Shown: one piece after another, positions 20,491 through 30,772 of the stretch | How positions within the stretch are numbered: position 1 is the stretch's first letter | Layout of the letters: the number at the start of each line of letters is the position of its first letter | Assembly (NCBI GenBank): GCA_963731735.1 | Contig: CAVSWO010000002.1 | Location: forward strand, 756,257 to 820,256 | DNA length: 64,000 nt | Direction: 5' to 3' | Source of the DNA: Candidatus Kerfeldbacteria bacterium | GTDB lineage: Bacteria > Patescibacteriota > Patescibacteriia > SBBC01 > CAIJZX01 | Program-made: the position numbers and the translations under genes | Notes under the pieces: model-generated | The model's input: only the letters and a program-made list of their open reading frames with translations | What the model was told of the DNA's origin: nothing | Databases searched by the model: none

Positions 20491-20622
20491 ATGATCGGCT
20501 GGCTGCTCCTACTCCTCGCGGTGGCCGAATTCGGGCTCGGCCTGTACTTTATTTTCCGCTACCGAGGAAATCAAGCGACGCTGCCACACGACAAGACAAG
20601 TTATATTTTGGTGAAGAAATAA
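20491..20622 (+). pseudogene. internally deleted 7TM-sensor paralogue remnant (43 aa)
   Basis: MIGWLLLLLAVAEFGLGLYFIFRYRGNQAT...TSYILVKK keeps the N- and C-terminal motifs of the neighbouring 7TM genes. Confidence 0.55.
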
Positions 20623-20644
20623 TGAATCCCGTTAGAGTTGTTGT

Positions 20645-20905
20645 ATGTTTTACACTTAAGTACTTGTCAGTAAGACTAACGGTCGATGGTATACAGGCTT
20701 CACGAACGATTTGCGGAAACGTTTGATGCAACATCACGCTGGAAAATCGCCGTATACCCGCCACCGAGGACCCTATGAACTTATGTATTATGAAGCATGT
20801 ATGAATGAATTTGATGCAAAGGCTCGAGAGCGTTATCTCAAATCTGGAATAGGAAAACGATATCTGAAAAATCGTCTCAAACGTTTCCTAACTCTAACGG
20901 GATGA
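20645..20905 (+). pseudogene. GIY-YIG nuclease with an in-frame stop at codon 5
   Basis: [27 protein letters not shown]...S.YT....ARERYLKSG. Confidence 0.7.
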
Positions 20906-21573
20906 AAACTCTCCTTCTTACCTTAACGTATCTGGTCGGAGCGGGGGAACTTCTTTTATCCGGATTTTTTTGGAAAACAAATAGCGGAAATACAATACGG
21001 CGAATCATGTCATTTTTCGCTCTTGTTACTGGATTTTGGGTTATTTCAACAGCAGCGGCATCGTATAATACATCGATTTCCGGAATTACGTGGTATCGTT
21101 CCGCACACGTTTTTGGTCCTTTTTTAGTCACCACACTTTTTGTTTTTGCCACTCAATTTCCGGTTAGTACATGGCGACTTGACAAGTTACATTATGTATT
21201 TATCTATGCGCCAGCAACACTGTTTTCTCTAATAATTATGAGTTCGACTGAGTTTTTGGCCGGATTCACTGCGACATCTACAGATTCTGGAAGTTGGTTT
21301 GGAGGATCAATATATTGGCTGTATTCGTTACTGTTATTATGTTTTTATCTGGCCACAGTTATAGTATTAGTTACAAAATACAGAATTGTAGATGGGATAC
21401 ATCGAAAAAATTTGACCATTGTGTTTGTATCCATTGTTCTCGGCGGTTTTCCGGCGATAGTAACAGATGTACTTTTTTCATTATTTACAAATGAAGGACG
21501 ATACGCGATTGTGGGTAGTCTTATGACGGTATTTTGGCTAGGTATTACGAGTTATATAGTATTGAAGAAATGA
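20902..21573 (+). CDS. stand-alone histidine-kinase N-terminal 7TM (HisKA_7TM-like) protein
   Basis: About 7 hydrophobic helices; F..FP, G..Y..Y and FW...TSY motifs shared with the HK sensor domain. Confidence 0.75.
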   Translation: MKTLLLTLTYLVGAGELLLSGFFWKTNSGNTIRRIMSFFALVTGFWVISTAAASYNTSISGITWYRSAHVFGPFLVTTLFVFATQFPVSTWRLDKLHYVFIYAPATLFSLIIMSSTEFLAGFTATSTDSGSWFGGSIYWLYSLLLLCFYLATVIVLVTKYRIVDGIHRKNLTIVFVSIVLGGFPAIVTDVLFSLFTNEGRYAIVGSLMTVFWLGITSYIVLKK

Positions 21574-21745
21574 AAACTCTCCTCCTCACCCTAACCTATC
21601 TCGTGGGCGCAGGAGAACTCATCCTTGCAATTTATTTTTGGGCAACGAATTTGAATAAGTGGCATTTATATAAACCTCAACTGTGGAGCTTTTTCAACAA
21701 AAGTTTGGCTTGGGATAACGATTTATATAATCAAAAGAATGATTT
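21570..21745 (+). pseudogene. internally deleted 7TM-sensor paralogue remnant
   Basis: Starts [17 protein letters not shown], identical to 20902; another frame reads GAFSTKVWLGITIYIIKR, like the 20902 C-terminus. Confidence 0.65.
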
Positions 21746-22414
21746 ATGTACCCGATTTTTGACATAGTTTTCCTATCAGGAGTTGGTCTGGCAGAAATAT
21801 TTCTCGCATTATTTTTTTTCAAAAAATATCAAAAAAACTCGGCTATTACAGCTTTCGGATTCTTTACTCTTTCAATAGGTCTTTGGGTATTTCTTAACGG
21901 GATTGCTTACCTATTTCCTCGAGGAAGTCAAATTATCGATATCGAGGGTAGATTGATTTTTGTGGCAGCGGCATTTATTTTTCCCTTCCTATACATTTTT
22001 TTAAAAAACTTTCCACTCCCAACTTTTGTTTCAAAAATGCAGTGGTTTTGGATATTATTTCCAGCCGCGCTCATTTCTCTTACGGTCTTTTCCAATAATG
22101 TTATTATAGGTTTTGCAACTGATACTTACGCCCTTACACAGTATGGGAGTGACTTTTGGATATACACCATATATTTGGCCTTTATGTTTTCGTTAGTACT
22201 CATCGAATCTTGGCAATCGTATGTACGAAAGGATAGCGCACATACGAGAGTCCTTAAATACGTATTTATTGGTTTGCTTATTTCTGGGACTCTAGGGATG
22301 CTCAATAATTTATTACTACCATATTTGTTGCATGTTAAAGAGTTTAGCTGGCTAGGATCAGGAGCGTCCATTATTTGGTTAGCACTTATGGGCTGGGTTT
22401 TGGTAGGTGATTAA
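21746..22414 (+). CDS. stand-alone HisKA_7TM-like protein
   Basis: About 7 TM helices; paralogous to 20902 and to the HK N-terminus. Confidence 0.75.
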   Translation: MYPIFDIVFLSGVGLAEIFLALFFFKKYQKNSAITAFGFFTLSIGLWVFLNGIAYLFPRGSQIIDIEGRLIFVAAAFIFPFLYIFLKNFPLPTFVSKMQWFWILFPAALISLTVFSNNVIIGFATDTYALTQYGSDFWIYTIYLAFMFSLVLIESWQSYVRKDSAHTRVLKYVFIGLLISGTLGMLNNLLLPYLLHVKEFSWLGSGASIIWLALMGWVLVGD

Positions 22415-22654
22415 TGTTATGATCAAAACTCTAATAACTCATTCAGACTATAAGAGATACTTTTGTTTTGCTAAAAATTTCAGATCGGAGGCTACAATTA
22501 TTTTATCAATATTATCCTAAATGTGTTATGCTAACGAAGTATTTACTAAAGTTATATAGTCTTAAGAAGGCGAAATACTTACCTAAATAATACTTAATCA
22601 AACTTAAGAGTATAATTTCAAGACCCAGTAGTAATTTCTGAAGACTAAGCGATT

Positions 22655-23866
22655 ATGGACACTTTTGAAATCATAACAAACAAGGTTAAGTCAGAAGGAC
22701 TTCAACCAGACTTCCATGTGCTTCAATCGGGTGTTAATGAACCCGAGTGTACAATTGAAGGCAAGAAGTACATACTATTTTGCGCAAATAACTATTTAGG
22801 TTTAACTCAAAATCCTAAAGTTAAAAAAGCAGCGATTGAGTCTGTAAAAAAGTATGGAATGGGACCAGGGGGGTCTAGGGTTATTAGTGGTAACGTTGAT
22901 ATTATTGTTGAGCTTGAACAGAAATTATCTGAGCTAACCCAAACGGAGGACAGCATCACATTCCCAACGGGTTACATGGCTAACATTGCTGTTTTTAGTG
23001 CGGTAATGGATCCTGTTTTTGGAAGTATTTTTGGTGACGACGCAATCAACAATCAAGGTGGTGTGATATTTTCTGATGAAGATAACCATGGATCGATCAT
23101 TGATGGGTGTCGACTAAGTTCAGCGAAAAAGGTGGTTTTCAAACATAACAATATTGATGATTTAAATAAAAAAATTAAGTTAAATGATCTTCCAAATAAG
23201 TTAATTGTAACAGAGGGGGTATTTAGTTTAGAAGGCGAAATAAATAATATTCCGAAATATATTGAAGTTGCCAAATCGAATGGTGCAAAATTAATGGTTG
23301 ATGACGCACACGGGGTTGGTATTTTGGGAAAACAAGGAGGGGGTGTTGGAGATCACTTCGACTGTTCAGAAGATATCGATATTTATATGGCTTGCATGGA
23401 CAAAGCCTTAGGTGGTACAGGTGGATTTCTTGCTGGGAAGAAGGCTTTAATAGATTTCCTGCGAATAAGTACAAGATCATCCCTACTATCCTCAGCAATC
23501 ACAACTAGTATGGCTGGAGCAATGATAAAATCAATAGAACTAATAAGTAATGGGAGTAAGTTGCGCGAGCAACTATTTGAAAAATCAGATTATCTTAGAA
23601 GAGCTTTAAAAGAAAATGGTTTTACAATTTTGGGTGACGACAATATTCCCTCCGTTCCCCTCCTCGTTGGGAATGATGCTATTGGGGTTAGATTTGAAAA
23701 AGCCCTTTTTGAGGAAGGGATTTATCTTCCAGTTGTGCGTTGGCCCGCCGTACCATATGGCACTTCCAGATTTAGAATTATTGTGATGGCACAACATGAA
23801 AAAAAACACCTGGATAAACTAGTGGACGCGTGTACCCGCGTAGGCAAAACACTATCTATAATATAA
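22655..23866 (+). CDS. PLP-dependent alpha-oxoamine synthase (BioF/Kbl/SPT/CqsA family)
   Basis: ANNYLGL, GPGGSR, TGYMAN, NHGSIIDG, TEGVFSLEG, DDAHG; PLP lysine in ACMDKALG; WPAVP...RFR. Confidence 0.9.
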   Translation: MDTFEIITNKVKSEGLQPDFHVLQSGVNEPECTIEGKKYILFCANNYLGLTQNPKVKKAAIESVKKYGMGPGGSRVISGNVDIIVELEQKLSELTQTEDSITFPTGYMANIAVFSAVMDPVFGSIFGDDAINNQGGVIFSDEDNHGSIIDGCRLSSAKKVVFKHNNIDDLNKKIKLNDLPNKLIVTEGVFSLEGEINNIPKYIEVAKSNGAKLMVDDAHGVGILGKQGGGVGDHFDCSEDIDIYMACMDKALGGTGGFLAGKKALIDFLRISTRSSLLSSAITTSMAGAMIKSIELISNGSKLREQLFEKSDYLRRALKENGFTILGDDNIPSVPLLVGNDAIGVRFEKALFEEGIYLPVVRWPAVPYGTSRFRIIVMAQHEKKHLDKLVDACTRVGKTLSII

Positions 23867-23875
23867 ATACCATTT

Positions 23876-26708
23876 ATGCTTAATGCTGGGTATTTAACCC
23901 TATTTGTTGCCGTTGCGAATCTTTTGCTCGGATTTTTCGTTTTATCGCGTGGTAAATCAAAACCATTATACATTTCATTTTTTCTTTTCACTCTTGTCGA
24001 TGCAATTTGGAGCCTTACAAATTTTGTATTCGAATTCTATTCTCAATCAATATTTATATTTAGAAGTCAATACGCAACAGGAGGTTTGACCCTTGTAATG
24101 GCTCTAATATGGATTTATTACCTTATTAGGAAAGACTGGCTTTCAAAGAATGAAATTATTTCAACCACAGTTCTTGGGGTAATAATTTTTTCTATTCCAT
24201 ATCTTGGAGGACTTGTCGTGGACTCGATTTCAAAGTTACCAGATGGTAGCTATGATTTTATACCTGGACCGCTTTTTGATTTTTATAGCGGATTACTACT
24301 TATCATACTTGGCTACCTTTTCTATTTGTTGATTAGGGCTGAAAGAAGAGTGAGAGGGATACAAAAAGTCCAGCTCAGGTATGTTATTGCTGGTGTATCG
24401 ATTTTCGCAGCAGTCGCCATATCTTTTGGATTAATACTGCCCCTATTTGGCTACAGTTCGATAGTGGCATTCGATGCTCAAAGCTCGTTGTTTTGGATCA
24501 TATTAACCACCTATGCCATTCTTCGTCATCGTTTACTCGATATTAAGTTTGTACTGACCAGGTCCATTACTTATGGGATTCTCCTTACTCTCGTAACCTT
24601 ATCTTTTGTATTTATTACATTCATTTCAGGACAATTCTTTGGCAATACAACTATAAGTAGGAATATCATTGCATTTATTATCGCAATACTTATAGTTTTT
24701 GGACTCGATCCCCTGAAGAATTGGCTTTCAAGAATTTCCGATAAAATATTTTTCCAAGCCAAGGTAGACTATCAACAATTACTTCGAGAAGTTTCAGAAA
24801 TTCTTGCATTTGAGATTAGCCGTGATGAATTGATTATTAAAATTCGAGAGAAACTTCAAGAAGGATTGAAGGTTAAATTTTCCGGTATATTATTGCGCAA
24901 TCAATCCAATGGAAAAACACAGAAATTTGAAGCTCTTCAAGATCTCTTACATCAATACCCAAACCTCTCTCTCCAAAACACCAGTCCGCTCGTTCACTTT
25001 CTCCGCGAACACAAACACTACTCAATCGTTGAATCACTCGAACGGAAAATAGAAGATGCAGATGATGGGGAACGCACAGAACTCGAGACCTCGAAAGCCG
25101 AATTCGACCGCTTGGAGGCTTCTTTAGTTACGCCAATTTTTGCTCAAGGGCACCTAATCGCGATTTTAGCCCTGGGTCCAAAACTTTCTGGCGATAGTTT
25201 TTCAAACGATGACATCAACCTAATCGAAGTATTATCGCCGCAAATCGGTTCGGCTATCCAAAAAGCCAACCTGTTTGAAGAAGTCCGGCAGTTTAATATC
25301 AGCCTGCAACTCAAAGTCGACCAAGCCACCGCCCAACTGCGCGAAAAGAACGTCTCGCTTGAAACGCTGCAGCACATTAACAAGGAGATTACTCAAACGC
25401 TCGATTTCGAAAAAGTTGTTCAGCAAATCGCCGACTCGGTCAGCACCGAACTCGGTTACCAAGGCGCGATCTTGGCCTTCCTGGATGATGACGGGAAAAC
25501 GTCACGCGCGCGGGCGATTACTCATACCAAGTTGACGGAAACGGCCCTGAAGCTCTTACCGACGCATTTCAGTGAATATCACAGCGACATCACCGACCCG
25601 AAAACCCATAATTTGAGTGGCAAGGTATACCAGACCGGACAGACGCAAATCACCAACAACTTCGCGCGCGTGGTCTCGCCGCCGTTGCCGAAGCTGCTAG
25701 CCCAGACAATTCAAAAGGTGGTCGGGCATTAAATCAATGGTCTTAATCCCGATTGTATCCGAAGGGAAAACTATCGGCGTGATTGAAATCGGTACCAAGA
25801 AGGATCAAGGAAAACATCACCCAGCAAGAACTGGAAACTATGCAATCGGTGGCGGACGAACTCGGAATCGTGTCCCGAAACTTCAAACTCTTCGGTCAGT
25901 TACAAAAAACCAACCAACAACTCGAAGTTGCCAACGAAAACTTGAAAGAACTCGACCAGCGCCAAGTCCGAATTCGTGTCGATCGCTTCGCACCAATTGC
26001 GGACGCCGATGACCGGCATTATGGGCTACCTGTCGATGATGACCCAGGGCGATTTCGGTAAGATTAAACCCGAGCATCGTCGAAATTCTCCGCAACCTGC
26101 TGTCCGAATCGCAGCGCATGATCCGCCTGATCAACCAATTCCTGAATGTCTCGAAGATTGAGGCCGGCAAGTTTACCTACACTAAGAAACCGGTCCAGAT
26201 TCTGGATTTGATTACCCAGGAAGTTTCAGAGGTCAAAAAAGCGGCGGCCGATAAAGGCCTGAAACTGGTGGTCAAATTGCCGAAGACCCTACCGACGATC
26301 GTAGCCGACGGCGATAAGATTCAAGATGTTATTTTGAACCTGGTCGATAACGCGATTAAATACACGGCCAAAGGCAGCGTGACCGTCAGCGCCAGCCACG
26401 AAGACGGCTTGGTTCACGTGAAAGTCAAAGACTCGGGCGTCGGGATTAAACCGGAAGACGCGCATGAATTGTTCAATAAGTTCGTGCGTGGCAGCGGCAT
26501 CGCCCAGATTCATCCGGACGGATCGGGTTTGGGCCTGTTTATCGCCAAATCGATCATTGACGCCCACGGCGGTCGGATTTGGGTCGAGTCCGACGGCGAA
26601 GGCAAAGGGAGCACCTTTCAGTTCGTGATTCCGATTCAGCCGCCGCCCGGCTTGGAAGAAACGCCGAAGTCGGCGGCCGCCCACGTTGTTTCAACCAAGC
26701 ATACGTAA
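23876..26708 (+). CDS. sensor histidine kinase (7TM sensor, GAF domains, HisKA, HATPase), split by several frameshifts
   Basis: 7TM N-terminus, YAILRHRLLDI, LGPKLSGDSF; ASHQLRTP H-box, NLVDNAIKYT, DSGVG, GSGLGL, GKGSTF. Confidence 0.85.
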
Positions 26709-26864
26709 ATAGGCTCTTTCAAAGAGCGCCGTCGCGACGGCGCTTGACTTTTTTTATTTTCGGGACTAAGCCTAACGTAGATCATTGACAACCAAGTCCT
26801 TCTTTCGGCCCATAGATTGCAAGGCGCAATCATGAGTAGAACGGGGGCGTGAAAGGAGTATGCC

Positions 26865-27014
26865 ATGCTTACCGCCAGCGTGCATCCGACCGCCAACATG
26901 CCGCGCGTGTTGGAGAACGTGATGCGTGAAGCTGCCGAACCGCCCGAAGAAGCTCGCGAGTTCGGATGGGATGTGGACTGGGACAACGGCGTGGATCACA
27001 GCCACTCCGACTAG
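26865..27014 (+). CDS. putative RiPP precursor peptide (49 aa, not in the ORF track)
   Basis: GAAAGGAG RBS at 26851-26858; MLTASVHPTANMPRVLENVMREAAEPPEEAREFGWDVDWDNGVDHSHSD*; directly upstream of rSAM/SPASM. Confidence 0.7.
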   Translation: MLTASVHPTANMPRVLENVMREAAEPPEEAREFGWDVDWDNGVDHSHSD

Positions 27015-27030
27015 TCCTGTGCTCAGATGT

Positions 27031-27061
27031 AGTGGTGGGGAGGCGTTGATTACCTCCCCAC
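27031..27061 (+). promoter_or_regulatory. intergenic stem-loop between precursor and maturase genes
   Basis: GTGGGGAGG...CCTCCCCAC followed by AAGGAGGTGA RBS. Confidence 0.55.
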
Positions 27062-27086
27062 ATCTTCTCAAAAAGGAGGTGAAAAA

Positions 27087-28193
27087 GTGCATATTTTCAT
27101 CGTTAAGCCAGTTGGCTGGCGCTGTAATATCCGCTGCCAGTATTGTTTCTATCACGAGTGTCCGTTGGCCCAGGCTGGTGATCAGACGCTCATGACTGAC
27201 GACACGTTGACCCACGTGATTCGCGAAGGGCTCGCAATGAACCCGCGAGTAGCGGAGTTCGACTGGCTCGGCGGTGAGCCACTGCTGGCTGGTCTCGAGT
27301 TCTATCAGCGAGTGGTGGAACTGCAGAGTCAATTCTGCGCTCCTCACCAGCGCATCACCAATCGGGTGCAGACGAATGGAACGCTCCTGGATGACCGCTG
27401 GGTAACATTCTTCGCGAAACACCGGTTTACGGTTGGACTGAGCATGGACGGTCCAGCCGCAATCAATGACCGCTTTCGTTATGACGCAGACGGGCGCGGT
27501 ACCACCGATCAAGTGCTCGTGGCGTTGCGACTGCTCCGGCAGCATAACGTCTACCATGGCGTTATCTGTGTGGTGAATAGCCTCAATGTTCACCACCCTG
27601 ACGAAGTGCTGGAGTTCTTCGTACGTCAGGGTATCAACCGGCTGGCGTTCAACCACGCCAAGGGCCTGTTTCCCGACGGCCGACCGCTACCGACCACAGT
27701 CGATCCAGATGACTACGCGCGATTCATGTGCCGACTGTTCGATCGCTGGCTAGAGAAGGACGATCCGAACCTGGTCATCCGCCAATTCAAGAGCATTCTT
27801 CACTCGCTCATGGGTGGCCGGTACCGAATGTGCGTCCTGAGCAATCAATGCCACACCTTGTTTGGCATCGAAAGTGACGGGACGGTCTATCCCTGCGAAG
27901 ATCATCCTGGTGAGGGCTGGCAGTCGTTCGGTAATGTTCGTGACGGCGCGGCGCGGCTCCTGGCGCATCCGAACCGACTGACTTTCAAACAGAAAGTTGA
28001 TGATGCCAAGCGGGCCTGTCAATCGTGTCGGTGGTGGAACATCTGCCAGGGTGGGTGTCCCCGCGATTACTACTTCGGGGTCGCTTCCATGGGGCGCCAC
28101 AACCGTATGTGCAAGGCATACAGAACGCTCTTTGAGCACATCGTGTCCAGGATTAAGCCCTACCTGGAAACGACAGCAAGGCCGGAATCGTAG
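27087..28193 (+). CDS. radical SAM/SPASM maturase (anSME-like)
   Basis: CNIRCQYC; GGEPLL; QTNGTLL; SMDG; SPASM cysteines C-x5-C, DGTVYPC, CxxC-x5-C-xGGCP..C. Confidence 0.9.
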   Translation: MHIFIVKPVGWRCNIRCQYCFYHECPLAQAGDQTLMTDDTLTHVIREGLAMNPRVAEFDWLGGEPLLAGLEFYQRVVELQSQFCAPHQRITNRVQTNGTLLDDRWVTFFAKHRFTVGLSMDGPAAINDRFRYDADGRGTTDQVLVALRLLRQHNVYHGVICVVNSLNVHHPDEVLEFFVRQGINRLAFNHAKGLFPDGRPLPTTVDPDDYARFMCRLFDRWLEKDDPNLVIRQFKSILHSLMGGRYRMCVLSNQCHTLFGIESDGTVYPCEDHPGEGWQSFGNVRDGAARLLAHPNRLTFKQKVDDAKRACQSCRWWNICQGGCPRDYYFGVASMGRHNRMCKAYRTLFEHIVSRIKPYLETTARPES

Positions 28194-29195
28194 TTACGAT
28201 TCCGGTTTTTTTATGTATTCTTGGAGTAGGTGTGCAACCCGGCGGAAACTGTCAAGAGTGACGCTACGTTTATTCTGTAATCTTTCTTGCCAGTATGGTT
28301 GAAGATGATACGCGGCGTATGTTCGCCAGGCATGTAGCATTACTTTTTTTTGTGTATTGTGTTTATGCTTCGTCTGCTTGTAGAGTTGATCGAGCGGAGT
28401 TTGTAGATATTGGCGTCCAAGGATCCCTTGTGGTACGAGACTTGATACTAGGCCTTCGTTAAGCCAAACCCAGAGAGAAGGTGAGGGAAGCGATCGAAAA
28501 AGAGTCATCTGCTGTTGGGTAAAAAGCCGCAATTTTCGTTCATATGAGGGGCGCATAAAATGCGCATGGATAATTTCGTGGATAAGAATACCTCGCATTT
28601 TTTTATTACGGCACGAGGTGCGGAATTGGAGATCGCCAGCCTCGAGGACTACCGCATCTTTACCCACGTTAGCATTGCCACCGCCAACTGGGCATGGTAA
28701 TCCCTTCGGTCGCATGAGAAGAATCAAACGAATCTCTGCTTGGGGCCGAGCTTTCGGATAAAGGATCTGGAGGTCACGCATGCAGTGTTGGACCGATTGA
28801 GACTGCCAGATATGCTCCAATACTCTTTGGGCGGTGAGGAGGCGCGCCTTCTCACCCGACCAAACTTTCTCAAAACGAGGGTGTAGCGTTTTTTTGATGT
28901 TCGCAAGTTGATCATAATCTTTTGTTGATAAAGCGAGTGCCAGCGATGGCCAGACTTCAGCCTCTGGAAAGAGCTGGAAGTACGTACCGAGAAATTGACG
29001 CGAGGTACCGAGTCCATACGTACGCATGAGTTTCCGGAAATCATGAAGCGCGCGCTGCTCTGAAGTACGTAAGGGGCCAGTCAAATGTAACCACTTTTTG
29101 TTATAGGCAGGGTTACAGGAAAAGTGCCACTCGCTTAAGTTAGAAATAAAAAAATAGAAATTCGCCTCACGGGAGCAAAAAACTTTCAATTGCAT
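28194..29195 (-). CDS. putative zinc metallopeptidase (gluzincin/MA-like)
   Basis: HEIIH with downstream WLNEGL. Confidence 0.6.
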   Translation of the reverse strand: MQLKVFCSREANFYFFISNLSEWHFSCNPAYNKKWLHLTGPLRTSEQRALHDFRKLMRTYGLGTSRQFLGTYFQLFPEAEVWPSLALALSTKDYDQLANIKKTLHPRFEKVWSGEKARLLTAQRVLEHIWQSQSVQHCMRDLQILYPKARPQAEIRLILLMRPKGLPCPVGGGNANVGKDAVVLEAGDLQFRTSCRNKKMRGILIHEIIHAHFMRPSYERKLRLFTQQQMTLFRSLPSPSLWVWLNEGLVSSLVPQGILGRQYLQTPLDQLYKQTKHKHNTQKKVMLHAWRTYAAYHLQPYWQERLQNKRSVTLDSFRRVAHLLQEYIKKPES

Positions 29196-29289
29196 ACCTA
29201 CCGTGAGTGTACTCGGACGGCTTACAAAGTTCAATACCTATCACGTTCATCGAAATTTACGTATACTGAGGCATATGGCTCATGTCCGT

Positions 29290-29954
29290 TTTTCCATCAA
29301 TCTCCGCGAGGACGCGAAAAACTGGGTGCGACTCGGTCAAATGAAACGCATGCAGCCATCAAACAGCTACTCAAACTCGGCTGTGATGTCCGAATAAACA
29401 CGTGTGTGGGATCGCATAACCTGAGTGTTATGCCAGAGTTTCTCCATTTCGTGAGCGAGGAATTCGGGATTTTGCATAGGCTTGTGCACGTCGAGCCCCT
29501 TGGGCGAGCGAAAGAGAACTCTGGACTGACTGTCGAAGACAAAGCCTTTGCCCGAGTGGTCAACCAGCGTTCTGGCAAGGTGGAGTTTTTAGATAGTCAC
29601 GACGAAGTGTCTGCTCGTGACTTTCGTCTTCCGCCATGCGGCGTCGGACAATCCATGGCATTTGTCGATGCCTATGGAAATGTTTCGCTCTGTCCAACAA
29701 TGACCCAGAATGAGTACCCAGGTTTCTTGGCGGGTTCTTTACGAAAAACGCCTTTGCAAGAAATCTGGACGCGATCTCCAACGTTCATCCGATATCGTGG
29801 CATCCAGTGCCGTGATGTCACGACCTGTCCGGCCAAAACGCAGTGCAAGGGCGGTTGTCGCAGCCACGCTTTCATTGCGACTGGCAATCCCAATGCTCCT
29901 GACCCTGGAATGTGTGCGGTTTTCCAAGATCAGCATAACCAGAACGGCCCATAA
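29290..29954 (+). pseudogene. 5'-truncated radical SAM/SPASM protein
   Basis: Intact SPASM (CGVG..AFVDAYGNVSLCP; C...TC....C.GGCRSHA...PDP.MC) but no CxxxCxxC; start approximate. Confidence 0.7.
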
Positions 29955-29992
29955 CATTGCTTGTTATGGGCCGTTATCTTATAATAAAAATA

Positions 29993-30766
29993 ATGTCGAG
30001 CCTTGCTCACGTTCGATTTAAACTGGTGCCGGAAAAGCTTGAGATCGATACGCTGTATGGATTTTTGTTTGAGGACCCTTGGGGATGGGGGGGTCGAATT
30101 GTTCGTAAGCATCCGAATATAAAACCAGTGCTCAAACTTACCCAAGAATCGGTCCGGATACAATATCTTCGAAAATACGTACGAGACTTTCGTCGTTCAC
30201 GCGCAGTCGAAATGCAGCGGCAACTTGAGAAGCTGCCTCGGGCCTGGGGAAGGGTTGAACAGCCGGCTTTTATCGCCCTTCAGCAACTGATTGAAACGAA
30301 TTGGCCCAAGCAGCGTCCCATACATGCCCTGATGTCGATTAACCCGATCTGTCCAAGATTTTTGCGAGAGTGGACTTTTTTTTGGTACTGGCGCTACAAA
30401 CAAAAAGATATTTTTGAAATTATTCTTCATGAATGCAGCCACTTTCTGTATTTTCAAAAATGGCAGGAAGTTTTCCCGCAAGATCGTCCACGATCTTTTG
30501 ACTCGCCGCATCTTATTTGGCATCTAAGTGAAATTCTAACCCCAATTTTACTGATGCAACCGGAGCTACAGAAATATTTACGCCAGAAACCAACTTTTTA
30601 CCGCGAGCACCAACGGCTTCGAATCAAAGGCAAGACCGCGCCAGCGTATTTTCGGGATTTGTATCATCGTTCAAGAAATCGACATGAGTCGTTTGCATGC
30701 TTTCTAATTAAGGCACGGAAGGCTATTGAACAACAAAAAAGAAAATTCGCAAACGTATATTCTTGA
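29993..30766 (+). CDS. HExxH-motif protein (putative metallopeptidase)
   Basis: HECSH with downstream WHLSE. Confidence 0.55.
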   Translation: MSSLAHVRFKLVPEKLEIDTLYGFLFEDPWGWGGRIVRKHPNIKPVLKLTQESVRIQYLRKYVRDFRRSRAVEMQRQLEKLPRAWGRVEQPAFIALQQLIETNWPKQRPIHALMSINPICPRFLREWTFFWYWRYKQKDIFEIILHECSHFLYFQKWQEVFPQDRPRSFDSPHLIWHLSEILTPILLMQPELQKYLRQKPTFYREHQRLRIKGKTAPAYFRDLYHRSRNRHESFACFLIKARKAIEQQKRKFANVYS

Positions 30767-30772
30767 TTAAGC

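Noticed and set aside
25720-26120. Programmed frameshifting or true pseudogenisation of the histidine kinase (also 16.3, 45.6 and 55.3 kb)
   Set aside because: Scattered single-base indels in otherwise intact genes look like long-read errors; raw reads would be needed to decide
26772-27656. 294-aa minus-strand ORF
   Set aside because: Antisense to the precursor and rSAM genes, which have RBSs and clear motifs
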